Positions 51,185 to 60,886 of a stretch of DNA of 64,000 bases are shown here, piece by piece. The notes beneath the pieces are model-generated. The model was not told the origin of the DNA, ran no database searches, and saw only the letters and a program-made list of their open reading frames with translations. The stretch spans positions 2,220-66,219 of the forward strand of contig JBGQIB010000003.1 of the NCBI GenBank assembly GCA_041498295.1, written 5' to 3'. A program made the position numbers and the translations under genes. Numbering within the stretch: position 1 is the first letter of the stretch; each line of letters opens with the position of its first letter. Origin of the DNA: a bacterium. GTDB taxonomy: Bacteria > Myxococcota_A > UBA9160 > SZUA-336.

Positions 51185-51753
51185 GGCACGGCCTCGGCCG
51201 GTGACCAGACCGGCAGACGCGCTCCAGGCGCCTCCAGATGAGTCACCTGCACGCTCGCTCCGCCGGAACGCGGGATCCGCCAGATGTTCAACGTGCCGCC
51301 TCGCGAGGACTCGAAGAGGAGCTCTTCGCCGTCGGGCGAGAAGCTCGGGTGAGCGTCGAGCGCTGGGTCGTCCGTGAGCCGTACCGGCATGGCCGCCGGC
51401 GCCTTCAACCAGACGTCGTAGCTGCCTTCCTGATTACCCGAGTACGCGATGTCGCCGCGAATCGAGATGGCGACGTCGAGGTGCCGGAGCTCTCCGAACG
51501 TGAGCTGCTGGTCCTCGCTTCCGTCGGGAGAGATGCTCCAGATGTCGTGACTGCCGCGCGGACCGAGGTCGGAGAGGTAGAAGATCTTGCCGCCGTGCGG
51601 GTCCCAGGCGGGCGAATGCTGCAGCCCCGCTCGGTTGGTGAGTTCGCGCAGACCGGCGCCATCGAGGTCGCAGACCCAGAGCTCGTTCGCGTCGCGGCTG
51701 TCGGATTGGGTGCGTCGATTCTCAACTTGTACCCATGTTTGGATCATCACCAA
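51181..51753 (-). CDS. TolB-like PD40 beta-propeller protein, apparently 5'-truncated
   Basis: Repeated SPxWxPDG-type PD40 units (SPAWDPHGGKIFY, SISPDGS, PSFSPDGEE). No signal peptide. The ORF begins at a rearrangement junction. Confidence 0.6.
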   Translation of the reverse strand: MVMIQTWVQVENRRTQSDSRDANELWVCDLDGAGLRELTNRAGLQHSPAWDPHGGKIFYLSDLGPRGSHDIWSISPDGSEDQQLTFGELRHLDVAISIRGDIAYSGNQEGSYDVWLKAPAAMPVRLTDDPALDAHPSFSPDGEELLFESSRGGTLNIWRIPRSGGASVQVTHLEAPGARLPVWSPAEAVP

Positions 51754-52020
51754 CCTCCCCGGGCTCCCGACCCAGATCGTCCAGCACGACTACGACCCCG
51801 CCGGCAACCGCACCCGACTCACCTACCCCGACGGCGTCTACGTCGACTACGTCTACGACGAGCTGAACCGGCTCAAGATCCTGCGCGACGACCACGCCGT
51901 CGACCAAGTCACCTACGTCTACGACGAGCTCTCGCGCATCCACACGATGCTGCGCGCGAGCGGCGTGCTCTCGACGTTTGCGTACGACCGCGCGAGCCGC
52001 GTGAAGACGATCTCGCATGC
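51746..52020 (+). pseudogene. orphan Rhs/YD-repeat fragment
   Basis: ITNLPGLPTQIVQHDYDPAGNRTRLTYPDGVYVDYVYDELNRL...VTYVYDELSRI...FAYDRASRV. No start, no core end, high G+C. Confidence 0.6.
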
Positions 52021-52104
52021 GCGGCGTCGCGCTAAGTCAACCTCAAGCGAACTCCCCCGCGACCCGATCTGCGTGCGCGAGGTCAACCCGCGACGTACCA
52101 GACC

Positions 52105-53745
52105 GTGATCAACTTCGCCGTTCTCGCTCTCGTCTTGCTCGGGACGGCGTCTTGCGCGTCGCTTCCGCCGCGCGCCACCCGCCCGAACATCGTGTTGATC
52201 GTGGCCGAGGACCTGAGTCCGCGGATCGGCGCGTATGGCGATCCTGTGGCGCGCACGCCGCGCATCGATGGGCTCGCGCGCGAGGGGGTGCGCTTCACGA
52301 ACGCGTTCACGGCGGCGCCGGTGTGCGCGCCGAGTCGCGCGGCGCTCATCACCGGTGTGTACGCGCAGGCGATCGGTGCGCAGCACATGCGCACGATCCG
52401 CGCTTGGGACGAGCCCGGCGTCGGTCGGAGCTTCTCGTATCTCGCAGTGCCGCCGCCGGAGGTGAAGGGCTTCCCCGAGCTGCTGCGGCGCGCGGGCTAC
52501 TTCACCGCGAATCACCGCAAGACCGACTACCAGTTCGGCGAGCCGTTCACGATTTGGGACGTCAACGAGCTCGACGCGAAGCAGTCACAGCTCGTCTGGC
52601 GCGCCGCGCCGAAGAATCGGCCGTTCTTCGCGATGATCAATCCGGTCATCACGCACGAAAGTGAAATCTGGCCGCAACGGGGCCGGCCCGTGCACACGGA
52701 TCCGAAGACCGTGACCGTCCCGCCGTACTTGGCCGATACGCCGGTCACGCGTCTCGACATCGCGCAGCACTACGACAACATCGCGAGCCTCGACTCACAA
52801 GTCGGCGAGATGCTCGACGCGCTCCAGGCCGATGGCCTCTTGGACGACACCATCGTGATCTTCACGACCGATCACGGCGACGGATTGCCGCACGCGAAGC
52901 GGCGGCTGTACGACGCGGGCCTGCACGTGCCGCTGATCGTGCGCTTTCCCGACGGGCGCGGTGCGGGCAGCGTGCGCACGGACCTCGTCAGCTTCGTGGA
53001 CCTGGGGCCGACGATCCTGAGTCTCGCGGGGCTGGAGCCGCCGGCGTTCGTGCTCGGTCGGCCGTTCCTGGGCCCGCAGCCGTCACGCGAGCGGCGCTAT
53101 GTGTTCGCAGCCGCGGATCGCATGGACACGTCCGGCGGCGAGTGGCGCAGTGTACGCGACGCGCGCCTTCAGTATCTCGTGAATCGCATGCCCGAGCGGC
53201 CGCTCTTCGAGCACATCCCGTTCCGAGACCGGATGCCGTCGATGCAGGAGCTTTGGCGCCTTCACGCGGAGGGGATGCTCACGCCGCTGCAGGAGAGTCA
53301 GTTCACGGCGCCGCGCCCGCGGGAGGAGCTCTACGACCTGGCCGTGGATCCGGATGAGACACGGAATGTCGCGAGCGATCCGACTTACTCGAGCGATCTC
53401 CTGCGGCTGAAGGAGGCGCTCGCGGACTTCGAGTCCAACACCCCCGACCTGTCGCGCGACAGCGAGCGCGCGATGGCGGAGCGAATGTGGCCCGGCTTGA
53501 ATCAGCCGATGACGGAGAGTCCAGTCGCGACGCGAGTCGGCGCGGGGGACGAAGCTGCGATCGCACTCTCGTCCGCCACGCCCGGCGCATCCATCGGTTA
53601 CCGATTCACGGACGATCCGCCCGACCGCTGGCGGCTGTATGTCGGCCCCATCCCCCTGCCTAACGGCAAAGCGATCGAAGCCAAAGCCGTCCGCTACGGC
53701 TACGCCGAGAGCGCGGTCATCGAGGTCGTCAACTCGCCGAAGTAG
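52105..53745 (+). CDS. arylsulfatase-family (Cys-type) sulfatase, probable lipoprotein
   Basis: CAPSRAALITG formylglycine motif; DHGD; GTASC lipobox-like signal. GTG start. Confidence 0.9.
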   Translation: MINFAVLALVLLGTASCASLPPRATRPNIVLIVAEDLSPRIGAYGDPVARTPRIDGLAREGVRFTNAFTAAPVCAPSRAALITGVYAQAIGAQHMRTIRAWDEPGVGRSFSYLAVPPPEVKGFPELLRRAGYFTANHRKTDYQFGEPFTIWDVNELDAKQSQLVWRAAPKNRPFFAMINPVITHESEIWPQRGRPVHTDPKTVTVPPYLADTPVTRLDIAQHYDNIASLDSQVGEMLDALQADGLLDDTIVIFTTDHGDGLPHAKRRLYDAGLHVPLIVRFPDGRGAGSVRTDLVSFVDLGPTILSLAGLEPPAFVLGRPFLGPQPSRERRYVFAAADRMDTSGGEWRSVRDARLQYLVNRMPERPLFEHIPFRDRMPSMQELWRLHAEGMLTPLQESQFTAPRPREELYDLAVDPDETRNVASDPTYSSDLLRLKEALADFESNTPDLSRDSERAMAERMWPGLNQPMTESPVATRVGAGDEAAIALSSATPGASIGYRFTDDPPDRWRLYVGPIPLPNGKAIEAKAVRYGYAESAVIEVVNSPK

Positions 53746-53801
53746 TTTGACTTCGGGCGCCGATCGCGGCGGGACCCAGGCGGCCGCCTGGTCGAGCCGC
53801 G

Positions 53802-54473
53802 TCACGAGCCGCGCGTCACGAGCCTCGTTCCGCCGGCGACACGAGCGACCTGCGACGCGATGTCGCCAAGGCGACGCAGGGAGTACGCAGCGACGCGTTC
53901 GAGCGAACCGCGCGTAGCGCTGTGCCGTTCGTGCCGTCGACCCCAGTAGATGCGCGCCACCGTCTCGGGCTCGCGCATGCCCTTCAAGCGCACGCGTCGC
54001 TCGCGGCCCACTCGGCGCGCGTCGCGCAAGCGGCGACTGAAGCTGCGCGACGCGAGGATCGCGTTCGTGGGGCAGACGTCGGCGAGCCGCGCCGCGAGAA
54101 TTACGTCGCGGCCGAACAAGCCGCCTTGGTGCGCGATCGGCCGACCCGTGTGGAGACCGATTCGCACCGCGACGGCGCGCTCGGCAGCTGCGCGGCGCTG
54201 CTCGGCGAGCGCCCGGTGTACGGCGATCGCGCACGCAATGCAGGCGTCGGGTGACTCGAATGCGAGCAGACACGCGTCGCCGCGAACCTCGACTTCGCGT
54301 CCGGCGTGCTGCGCGGCCAGGCTTCGGAGCAGCTCGATGTGCTGGCGCATCACATCGAAGACGACAGAGTCGCCCAGCCGCTCCGTCATCGCCGTGAAGC
54401 CGGAGACATCCGAGTAGAAGAGCGTCACTTCGGGCGGTCGCTCCACCCCCGCTCCTTGGAACTCCGTCTGCAT
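53802..54473 (-). CDS. stand-alone class III adenylate/guanylate cyclase domain protein
   Basis: VTLFYSDVSGFT...VRGDACLLAF...RIGLHTG. Start at the ATG 54473 (alternative 54563). The Arg-rich upstream extension is rejected. Confidence 0.8.
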   Translation of the reverse strand: MQTEFQGAGVERPPEVTLFYSDVSGFTAMTERLGDSVVFDVMRQHIELLRSLAAQHAGREVEVRGDACLLAFESPDACIACAIAVHRALAEQRRAAAERAVAVRIGLHTGRPIAHQGGLFGRDVILAARLADVCPTNAILASRSFSRRLRDARRVGRERRVRLKGMREPETVARIYWGRRHERHSATRGSLERVAAYSLRRLGDIASQVARVAGGTRLVTRGS

Positions 54474-54628
54474 CGCGCTCACCCCGCACCAATCCTGTGC
54501 ATCGATCGTGCCGCGCGAAACTCGCGCAGGTGCCGAGACGGTACGTTTCGACGGTGACGGCATGGCCTCGACGAAGCTACGAACCGCGCACGTCGGCAGG
54601 AAGAATCCGGACGCGGCGGTGCCAGTGC

Positions 54629-55021
54629 CTATTTGCCCCTTCTCTCCAAGCCGAACGGTCCACCGCCGTTGGTGGCGAGATACAGAAAGACGAAGCAGTA
54701 GAGGACGGCGATCTCGCCCTTGTTCTGAATGGGGATTGGGGCCGCGCGGCTGAAGTGAGCCACGAAGTAGGCGACGGCCATTTCGCCGCTGCAGATGAAG
54801 GCGGCGATCTGGGTGCGGACGCCGAGCGCGATGAGTGAGCCGCCGACGATCTCGATCACGCCGGCAAACCACACGAGCCCGAAGGTGGGGATGTCCATCC
54901 CCGGCACTCCGCCGAACGCGCCGAACAGCTTCTGCGCGCCGTGACACGCGAACATGAAGCCGCTCACGATGCGCAGCGCCGCGTGCGAGACTCCGCCCAA
55001 CTTCGAGAGCATCGACTCCAT
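54629..55021 (-). CDS. DoxX-family membrane protein
   Basis: LRIVSGFMFACHGAQKLFG pattern; four helices. Confidence 0.8.
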   Translation of the reverse strand: MESMLSKLGGVSHAALRIVSGFMFACHGAQKLFGAFGGVPGMDIPTFGLVWFAGVIEIVGGSLIALGVRTQIAAFICSGEMAVAYFVAHFSRAAPIPIQNKGEIAVLYCFVFLYLATNGGGPFGLERRGK

Positions 55022-55044
55022 GCCTTGGATCTCCTGTTACTGAT

Positions 55045-56607
55045 TCACTCGGTCCACGCGAAGCGCGTGCCCTCGGGGGTCGTGTTCGCGCGGAGGGCGC
55101 CGAGGGCGAGTACGCGATCGATCTCGGCGCTGGCGAACTCGGCGCGGACGCCGGTGGCTTCGATGATGGCCCCGCGGAGCTCGGCGACGGGGTCGTTTCG
55201 GAACGCGGGGAGGCCCTCGATGGTGTCGTTCAGCAGCAGCTTCCAGAGCAGGGACTGACGGTGGCGGCGCAGGTACATCTTCAGCTCGTAGCCCGAGAGG
55301 TTCCCGTTCTTGTACAGACCGTCCTGGTAGCGCAGATAGCGCTCCATCGTGGTGTCGTATTCGTCGGCGACGGCCTGCAGCACGCCCGTGGTCGCGCCGG
55401 TCGTGCGAGTCACGACGTGATTCGCATCGTACTTCGTCCAGTCACTCGTCAGGATCTCGAGGCCGTACTCCTCGGCGCGGTCACGCACCTCGGTGCCGGG
55501 GAACGGCGACAGAATGTGGAAACCGTAGAGCGAGCCGAACTCCTCGTGCAGCTCGTTCGCGAACTCGGTGGTCTTGCGCAGCGTCTCTTCCGTCTCGCCG
55601 GGCAGCCCGATGATGAACGACGCGAGCGCGGTGATGCCCACTTCCTGGGTCATGCGCATCGCTTCCTTCACCTTCTGGAGGCTCGACTTCTTCTTGACCA
55701 GATCGAGGATCTCCTGACTCCCGCTCTCGACGCCGAAGCAGATCGCCTGACAGCCCGCGCGCTTCATGGTCTCGACGATCTCGGGCGAGATCGTGTCGAC
55801 GCGCGAGAAGGCATTCCAGCGAATGCCGGTGTCGCGGCGAATCAGCTCGCCGCACACCGCGAGAAAATGCTTGCGGTAGAGCGTGAAGAGGTCGTCCTCG
55901 ATGGTGATCTCGGTGAAGCCCATCTGCGCGAGTGTCTCGATCTCGTCGACGCATTGGCCCGGGTTGCGGTAGCGCACCTGGCGGCCGGTCCACGCGGGCG
56001 CGGAGCAGAAGATGCACGAGTACGGGCAGCCGCGGCTCGTGACCACGCTCGCGTGACTGTCGAAGGCGAGATAGCGCTGCAGCGGCACGAGCTCGCGCGC
56101 GGGGACGGGCAAGGTGTCGAGGTCGTCCTCGAGCGGCCGCGGTGAGGTCTTGACGATGCGGTCGCCGTCGCGCAGCGCGAGCCCGCGCACGTCGCGCTTG
56201 TCCATGCGCCCTTCGAGCGCTCGGCACAGCTCGCGCATCGTGTGCTCGCCTTCGCCGATGCCGATGTAGTCGAGCGCGGGCAGATCGCGGAAGCTGCCCT
56301 CGATCTCGAAGCTCACGTGCGGTCCGCCCATCGCGATGGGCACGGCCCCATCGCACTTCCGCACCACCTCCGCGATCGATGCCGCGATGTGGTGATTCAG
56401 GGTGACCGAAGTGATTCCGACCAGCTGAGGCCGGAAGGCCGCCATGCGCCGCTCGATCTTCTCGGGTGTGGTGCGCGAGAGGAGCAGGTCGAGAATTTCG
56501 ACCTCGTGCCCCTCCGACTGCAGCGCCGAAGCTACATACGGAAGGGTCACCAAAAGCCGCGGGAATTCCTCGAACGGGTACGACGGATTGATCAGCAGAA
56601 CGCGCAT
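55045..56607 (-). CDS. B12-binding-domain radical SAM protein
   Basis: MRVLLINPSYP...GHEVEILD B12-binding Rossmann N-domain; CPYSCIFC CX3CX2C cluster. The ATG at 56607 is preceded by GGGAGG. Confidence 0.9.
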   Translation of the reverse strand: MRVLLINPSYPFEEFPRLLVTLPYVASALQSEGHEVEILDLLLSRTTPEKIERRMAAFRPQLVGITSVTLNHHIAASIAEVVRKCDGAVPIAMGGPHVSFEIEGSFRDLPALDYIGIGEGEHTMRELCRALEGRMDKRDVRGLALRDGDRIVKTSPRPLEDDLDTLPVPARELVPLQRYLAFDSHASVVTSRGCPYSCIFCSAPAWTGRQVRYRNPGQCVDEIETLAQMGFTEITIEDDLFTLYRKHFLAVCGELIRRDTGIRWNAFSRVDTISPEIVETMKRAGCQAICFGVESGSQEILDLVKKKSSLQKVKEAMRMTQEVGITALASFIIGLPGETEETLRKTTEFANELHEEFGSLYGFHILSPFPGTEVRDRAEEYGLEILTSDWTKYDANHVVTRTTGATTGVLQAVADEYDTTMERYLRYQDGLYKNGNLSGYELKMYLRRHRQSLLWKLLLNDTIEGLPAFRNDPVAELRGAIIEATGVRAEFASAEIDRVLALGALRANTTPEGTRFAWTE

Positions 56608-56710
56608 GCGACCTCCCACTCCCGCGGCAGGGATCGCCCGGGCGTGCCGCGCATTCTAGCCGGAGCTCGCGCAGCGCGTCGGGAAATCGAAGCCGACTTG
56701 CCGGACCGTT

Positions 56711-57703
56711 CTAGCCCGCGACCGCCGCCAGTTTCTCCCCCGCGAAGAAGCGGCGCGGGTTCTCGAGCAGCAGCGTGTCGACGTCAGCCTGGGTCGCCCC
56801 GCCCGCGAGCAGCCTCGGAACGATGCGCTTGGTGAAGTGCGACGGCGTCCAGACCTTCTCGATCTCGTCCAGTACCTTGCGCTCGATCGGCTCTCCGCGC
56901 CAACACCAGACGGTGTCGTGCGAGACCACCACGCGCGAGCCCGCGCCCTTCTTGATCAGCTTCAGAAGCGACGTCACGCGTTCGGCGTCGGGGTGGATGA
57001 TGTCGAGCCCGAAACGGTCGAACCCCAGGTACGAGCCGCCGCGCACGATCTTCATGTGGTAGTCGTGATCGCTCGTGCCGCAGCAGTGACCAATGATGAT
57101 GCGGTGCGCGGGCACGCCCAAGTCCGTCAGGAGCTTCTGCTGCTCGGGCCCCATGGTGCCGCGGTCGGTGTGACTCGTGATCGGCGCGCCGGTCTCGAGC
57201 GAGGCCTTGGCCGCCGCCTTCAGCACCGTCTTCTCGTAGTCCGTGATGACTCCCGCGCTCGTCGCGATCTTGATGATGCCGGCCTTGATGCCGCTCTTGC
57301 CGACGCCGTCGGTGAGCTCGGCGATCATCATCTCGGCCATGGCGTTTTCCTGCGGGCCGCCGAACGCGGTGCGCGACTTCCAGTGCGGCGAGCCGCCTTC
57401 GTGCTCGTGATACAGCCCCGTCGCCGCGACGATGTTGAACTTCGCCTTCTGCGCGACTTCCGCGATGAACTCGATGTCGCGCCCGAGGTCCGAGGGACAG
57501 GGATCGATCATCGTCTTGATCCCCTCGTCCTTCATCTCCTCGATCTTGTCCGCCGCGACCTTGTGCATCTCGCGCCTCGACGGACCCGGTCGAACCCAGT
57601 CGGCTTCCCAACCGGCGTAGCCGACGAGCACGTGCTCGTGCATCAGGGTGCGACCCATCTTCTCGGGCTTGAGCTTCCCAGTCACGGACTGAATCACCGG
57701 CAT
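56711..57703 (-). CDS. phosphotriesterase-family (PTE/PLL-like) amidohydrolase
   Basis: TLMHEHV (HxH), GIIKIA (carbamylated-Lys position), SHTD, IGHC and VSHD metal ligands all present. Confidence 0.85.
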   Translation of the reverse strand: MPVIQSVTGKLKPEKMGRTLMHEHVLVGYAGWEADWVRPGPSRREMHKVAADKIEEMKDEGIKTMIDPCPSDLGRDIEFIAEVAQKAKFNIVAATGLYHEHEGGSPHWKSRTAFGGPQENAMAEMMIAELTDGVGKSGIKAGIIKIATSAGVITDYEKTVLKAAAKASLETGAPITSHTDRGTMGPEQQKLLTDLGVPAHRIIIGHCCGTSDHDYHMKIVRGGSYLGFDRFGLDIIHPDAERVTSLLKLIKKGAGSRVVVSHDTVWCWRGEPIERKVLDEIEKVWTPSHFTKRIVPRLLAGGATQADVDTLLLENPRRFFAGEKLAAVAG

Positions 57704-57731
57704 TGGAGTTCCCTTCCTACGTTGGTGTGTC

Positions 57732-58691
57732 CTATTTCGGAGCCAAGTCACGCGTCGCTTGGCGCGCATCGACGCCGAGCGGCAGGATCGCGAGCGCGGG
57801 CGTGTCGACGCCGGCGTCGATGTAGCGCTGGATGTGGGCGCGGCACTCGTCGGGCGTACCGTGCACGATCAGCTCGTCGACGACCTCGTCGGGAATCGCG
57901 GCCACGGCGGCCTTGCGATCGCCCTTTTTCCACGCGTCCCACATCCCGGCGAGCTTCGGCCCGCGGCCGAGCCACTCGTGGAAGGCGGCATACACGGGAA
58001 CGTTGAGATACGCGGCGATCGCGAACTTGGCCATGCCGCGCACTTGTTCCTTGTTCGCGTTCGGCGCGACGAAGATGCGCGCCACGATCTCCTTGTTCGC
58101 GCCGCCCTCGCGCACGAACGGCACGACCTTCTTCACGTCGTCGGCGGAGAGCCAGTTGATGATCGCGCCGTCGCCCACCCGCCCCGCGAGTCGCAGCATT
58201 CCCTGACGCAGCGCGGCGATCAGGATCTTCGGCTGCGGGTCGACCTTCACGCCCAGCCGGAAGCCGTTCACCGAGAAGCTCTCGAAGTCCTCGGTGATCT
58301 TTTCGCCCGCGAGCGCCTTGCGCAGAAACCGAACGGTGTCGCGCACGCGCTGGTACGGCTTGTTGAACGCGATGCCGTTCCAGCGCTCGACGATCACGTC
58401 CGACGACGTGCCCACGCCGACGACGAAGCGCCCCGGCGCGGCCTGGCACATCGACGCGACGCTCATCGCGAACAGACCGGGTCCGCGTGTGAATGCGGGC
58501 AGAATCGCCACGCCCAGGCGCAGGCTCGGCGCCCACACCGACGCCAGCGCGAGCGGCGTGAGCCCGTCATAGCCGCCGGCTTCCGCGGACCACACATCGG
58601 TGTAGCCCAGCTGCTCGAGCTCCTGAATCCAATCGCGCTGCTCGGCGAGTGGCACACCGTCGAGCGGAATGGTCATGCCGTAGCGCTTCAT
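57732..58691 (-). CDS. LLM-class (luciferase-like) F420/flavin-dependent oxidoreductase
   Basis: GYTDVWSAE...RLGVAILP...VGVGTS pattern of LLM F420-dependent oxidoreductases. Confidence 0.8.
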   Translation of the reverse strand: MKRYGMTIPLDGVPLAEQRDWIQELEQLGYTDVWSAEAGGYDGLTPLALASVWAPSLRLGVAILPAFTRGPGLFAMSVASMCQAAPGRFVVGVGTSSDVIVERWNGIAFNKPYQRVRDTVRFLRKALAGEKITEDFESFSVNGFRLGVKVDPQPKILIAALRQGMLRLAGRVGDGAIINWLSADDVKKVVPFVREGGANKEIVARIFVAPNANKEQVRGMAKFAIAAYLNVPVYAAFHEWLGRGPKLAGMWDAWKKGDRKAAVAAIPDEVVDELIVHGTPDECRAHIQRYIDAGVDTPALAILPLGVDARQATRDLAPK

Positions 58692-58789
58692 GGAGACTCC
58701 CCGCTCCTGGCCGCATGATACACGTCCCTACGCCGAGCAACTCTACGGTGATAAAGTCCGGAACGGCTTCGCGAGAGGGGAGGACGGGC

Positions 58790-59683
58790 ATGGCCGCGAT
58801 GCGCGCAGTGACGGTCCTTAGGCTCGAAGACGAGCGAGAGCTCGCGTACGCCGAGTACGGCGATCCGAGCGGAACGCCGGTCATCGGCTTCCACGGCACA
58901 CCGGGCTCGAGCCTGCAGATCAGCCCATTCGACGCAGCAGCGCGCGCCGAGTGCGTCCGGCTGATCGCGCCGGATCGACCTGGCTACGGACACTCGACGT
59001 ACGACGCGCACCGGCGGCTCGTCGATTGGCCGCGCGATGTCGCGGAGCTCGCCGATCACCTCGGGATCGCGCGCTTCGGCATCTTCGGCGTCTCGGGCGG
59101 CGGCCCGCATGCGGCCGTGTGCGCGCACGCGCTCGCACCGCGCCTGATCGGGGCCGCGATCGTGTCGGGTGTCGCGCCGCCGGATACGGCCGGAGTGCTC
59201 GACCACATGATGACCATGAATCGCTTGAACTTCACTCTGGCGCGCCAGTCACCGCTGCTCGTCGTTCCGTCGATGGCGCTGATGCTCTTCATGCTGCGCC
59301 ACTTCCCGGACCGCGCGCTCGACACCATGTTGCGGGGCCTGCCGGAGCCGGACCGGCGCATCTTGGCTCGCCGCGAGATCGCGGACGTGCTCATCGCAGA
59401 AGGGAAGCACGCATCGCCGACCGCGGCGCGTGCCGCGGCGCAGGACTTCTCGCTGTTCGCGCGCCCCTGGCGCTTCCGACTCGAGGACATCCCCGTGCCC
59501 GTGCACGTGTGGCACGGCGATGTCGACTTGAACGTCCCCGTGTCACACGGCCGCGCGCAGGCGGATCGCATTCCGAATGCGAAGCTCCATCTGTGTCCCA
59601 ACGAGGGACACCTGCTGTTCGCCGAGCACGCGCCCGAGATCCTGCGCTGCGCTTCGGGACGCCCGGAGCTCGCGAGCGCGTGA
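58790..59683 (+). CDS. alpha/beta hydrolase
   Basis: GFHGTPGS and GVSGGGPHA nucleophile elbow. The ATG at 58790 is preceded by GGGAGGA. Confidence 0.8.
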   Translation: MAAMRAVTVLRLEDERELAYAEYGDPSGTPVIGFHGTPGSSLQISPFDAAARAECVRLIAPDRPGYGHSTYDAHRRLVDWPRDVAELADHLGIARFGIFGVSGGGPHAAVCAHALAPRLIGAAIVSGVAPPDTAGVLDHMMTMNRLNFTLARQSPLLVVPSMALMLFMLRHFPDRALDTMLRGLPEPDRRILARREIADVLIAEGKHASPTAARAAAQDFSLFARPWRFRLEDIPVPVHVWHGDVDLNVPVSHGRAQADRIPNAKLHLCPNEGHLLFAEHAPEILRCASGRPELASA

Positions 59684-60885
59684 TGTTGAAGGGCGTGCGC
59701 GTCGTCGAGCTCGCCGTCTGGGTCGCGGGCCCGGGCGCGGGCGGCGTGCTCGCGGACTGGGGCGCCGACGTGGTGAAAATCGAGCCGCCCGCCGGCGATC
59801 CGTGCCGCAACCTGTTCATGGCGCTCGCGGGACTCAAGGAGCCGAAGAGCCCGCCGTTCGATCTCGACAACCGCGGGAAGCGAAGCGTCGTGCTCGACAC
59901 CCGGGTGCCCGAGGCGCTGGCGCTCGCGAAGCGTCTGGTCGCGGGCGCGGACGTGTTCATCACGAACCTGCGACCCGACGCGCTCGCGAAGCTCGGCCTC
60001 GATTGGGAGTCACTCGAGCCGACCTGTCCCCGGTTGGTGTACGCCAGCATCACCGGCTACGGCCTGCGCGGTCCGGAGCGCGACCGCGCGGCCTACGACG
60101 TCGGCGCGTTCTGGGCGCGCACCGGCGCGGAGCACATCATGTTTCCGACCGGCGTCGAGCCGCACGGCATCCGCGGCGGATTCGGCGATCACGTGACTGC
60201 CCTGTCGCTGGTCTCGGGAGTCATGGCGGCGCTCTACGAGCGCGAGCGCACGGGGCGCGGACAGCGCGTCGCGACGTCGCTCATGCGCACGGGCCTGTAC
60301 TGCGTCGGCTGGGACACCGGCATCCGCCTGCGCTTCGGCACCGTGGCCCCGTCGCTGCTACGCAGCGAAGCGCTGAATCCCGTCCTGAATCAGTACCGAT
60401 GCCGCGAGGGGAGATGGTTCTGGCTGCTCGGGCTCGAGGCCGATCGCCACTGGCCGAAGCTCGCGCGCGCGATCGAGAAGCCGGAGCTGGGGAGTGACTC
60501 GCGCTTCGCCACGGCGCGCGACCGGCGCAAGAACGCGGCCGAGATCGTCGCGCTGCTGGACGCGACGTTCGCGACGCGCAGCCTGGCCGAGTGGGGACCG
60601 CGCTTCGACGAAGTCGATCTCTGGTGGGCACCGGTGCAGACCCAGGACGAGGTCGTCCTGGATCCGCAGGTGCGCGCGATGAACGGGATCGTCTCGGTGC
60701 CCGAGGCCGGCGGCGTCGGCGAGTTCCAGGCGGTCGCGACGCCGCTCGAGTTCTCGCGCGCCCACGTCGGCCCCCAAGGCCCACCCCCAAGACTCGGCGA
60801 GCACACGGACGCGGTGCTTGCGGAGCTCGGACTCGGGGCCGACGAGATTCGGCGGCTCCGCGAGCGGGGCGCCCTCGGCAAGTAG
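59683..60885 (+). CDS. family III CoA-transferase (CaiB/BaiF)
   Basis: LKGVRVVELAVWVAGPGAGGVLADWGADVVKIEPP and ITGYG motifs. TGATG overlap with the upstream stop. Confidence 0.9.
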   Translation: MLKGVRVVELAVWVAGPGAGGVLADWGADVVKIEPPAGDPCRNLFMALAGLKEPKSPPFDLDNRGKRSVVLDTRVPEALALAKRLVAGADVFITNLRPDALAKLGLDWESLEPTCPRLVYASITGYGLRGPERDRAAYDVGAFWARTGAEHIMFPTGVEPHGIRGGFGDHVTALSLVSGVMAALYERERTGRGQRVATSLMRTGLYCVGWDTGIRLRFGTVAPSLLRSEALNPVLNQYRCREGRWFWLLGLEADRHWPKLARAIEKPELGSDSRFATARDRRKNAAEIVALLDATFATRSLAEWGPRFDEVDLWWAPVQTQDEVVLDPQVRAMNGIVSVPEAGGVGEFQAVATPLEFSRAHVGPQGPPPRLGEHTDAVLAELGLGADEIRRLRERGALGK

Positions 60886-60886
60886 C

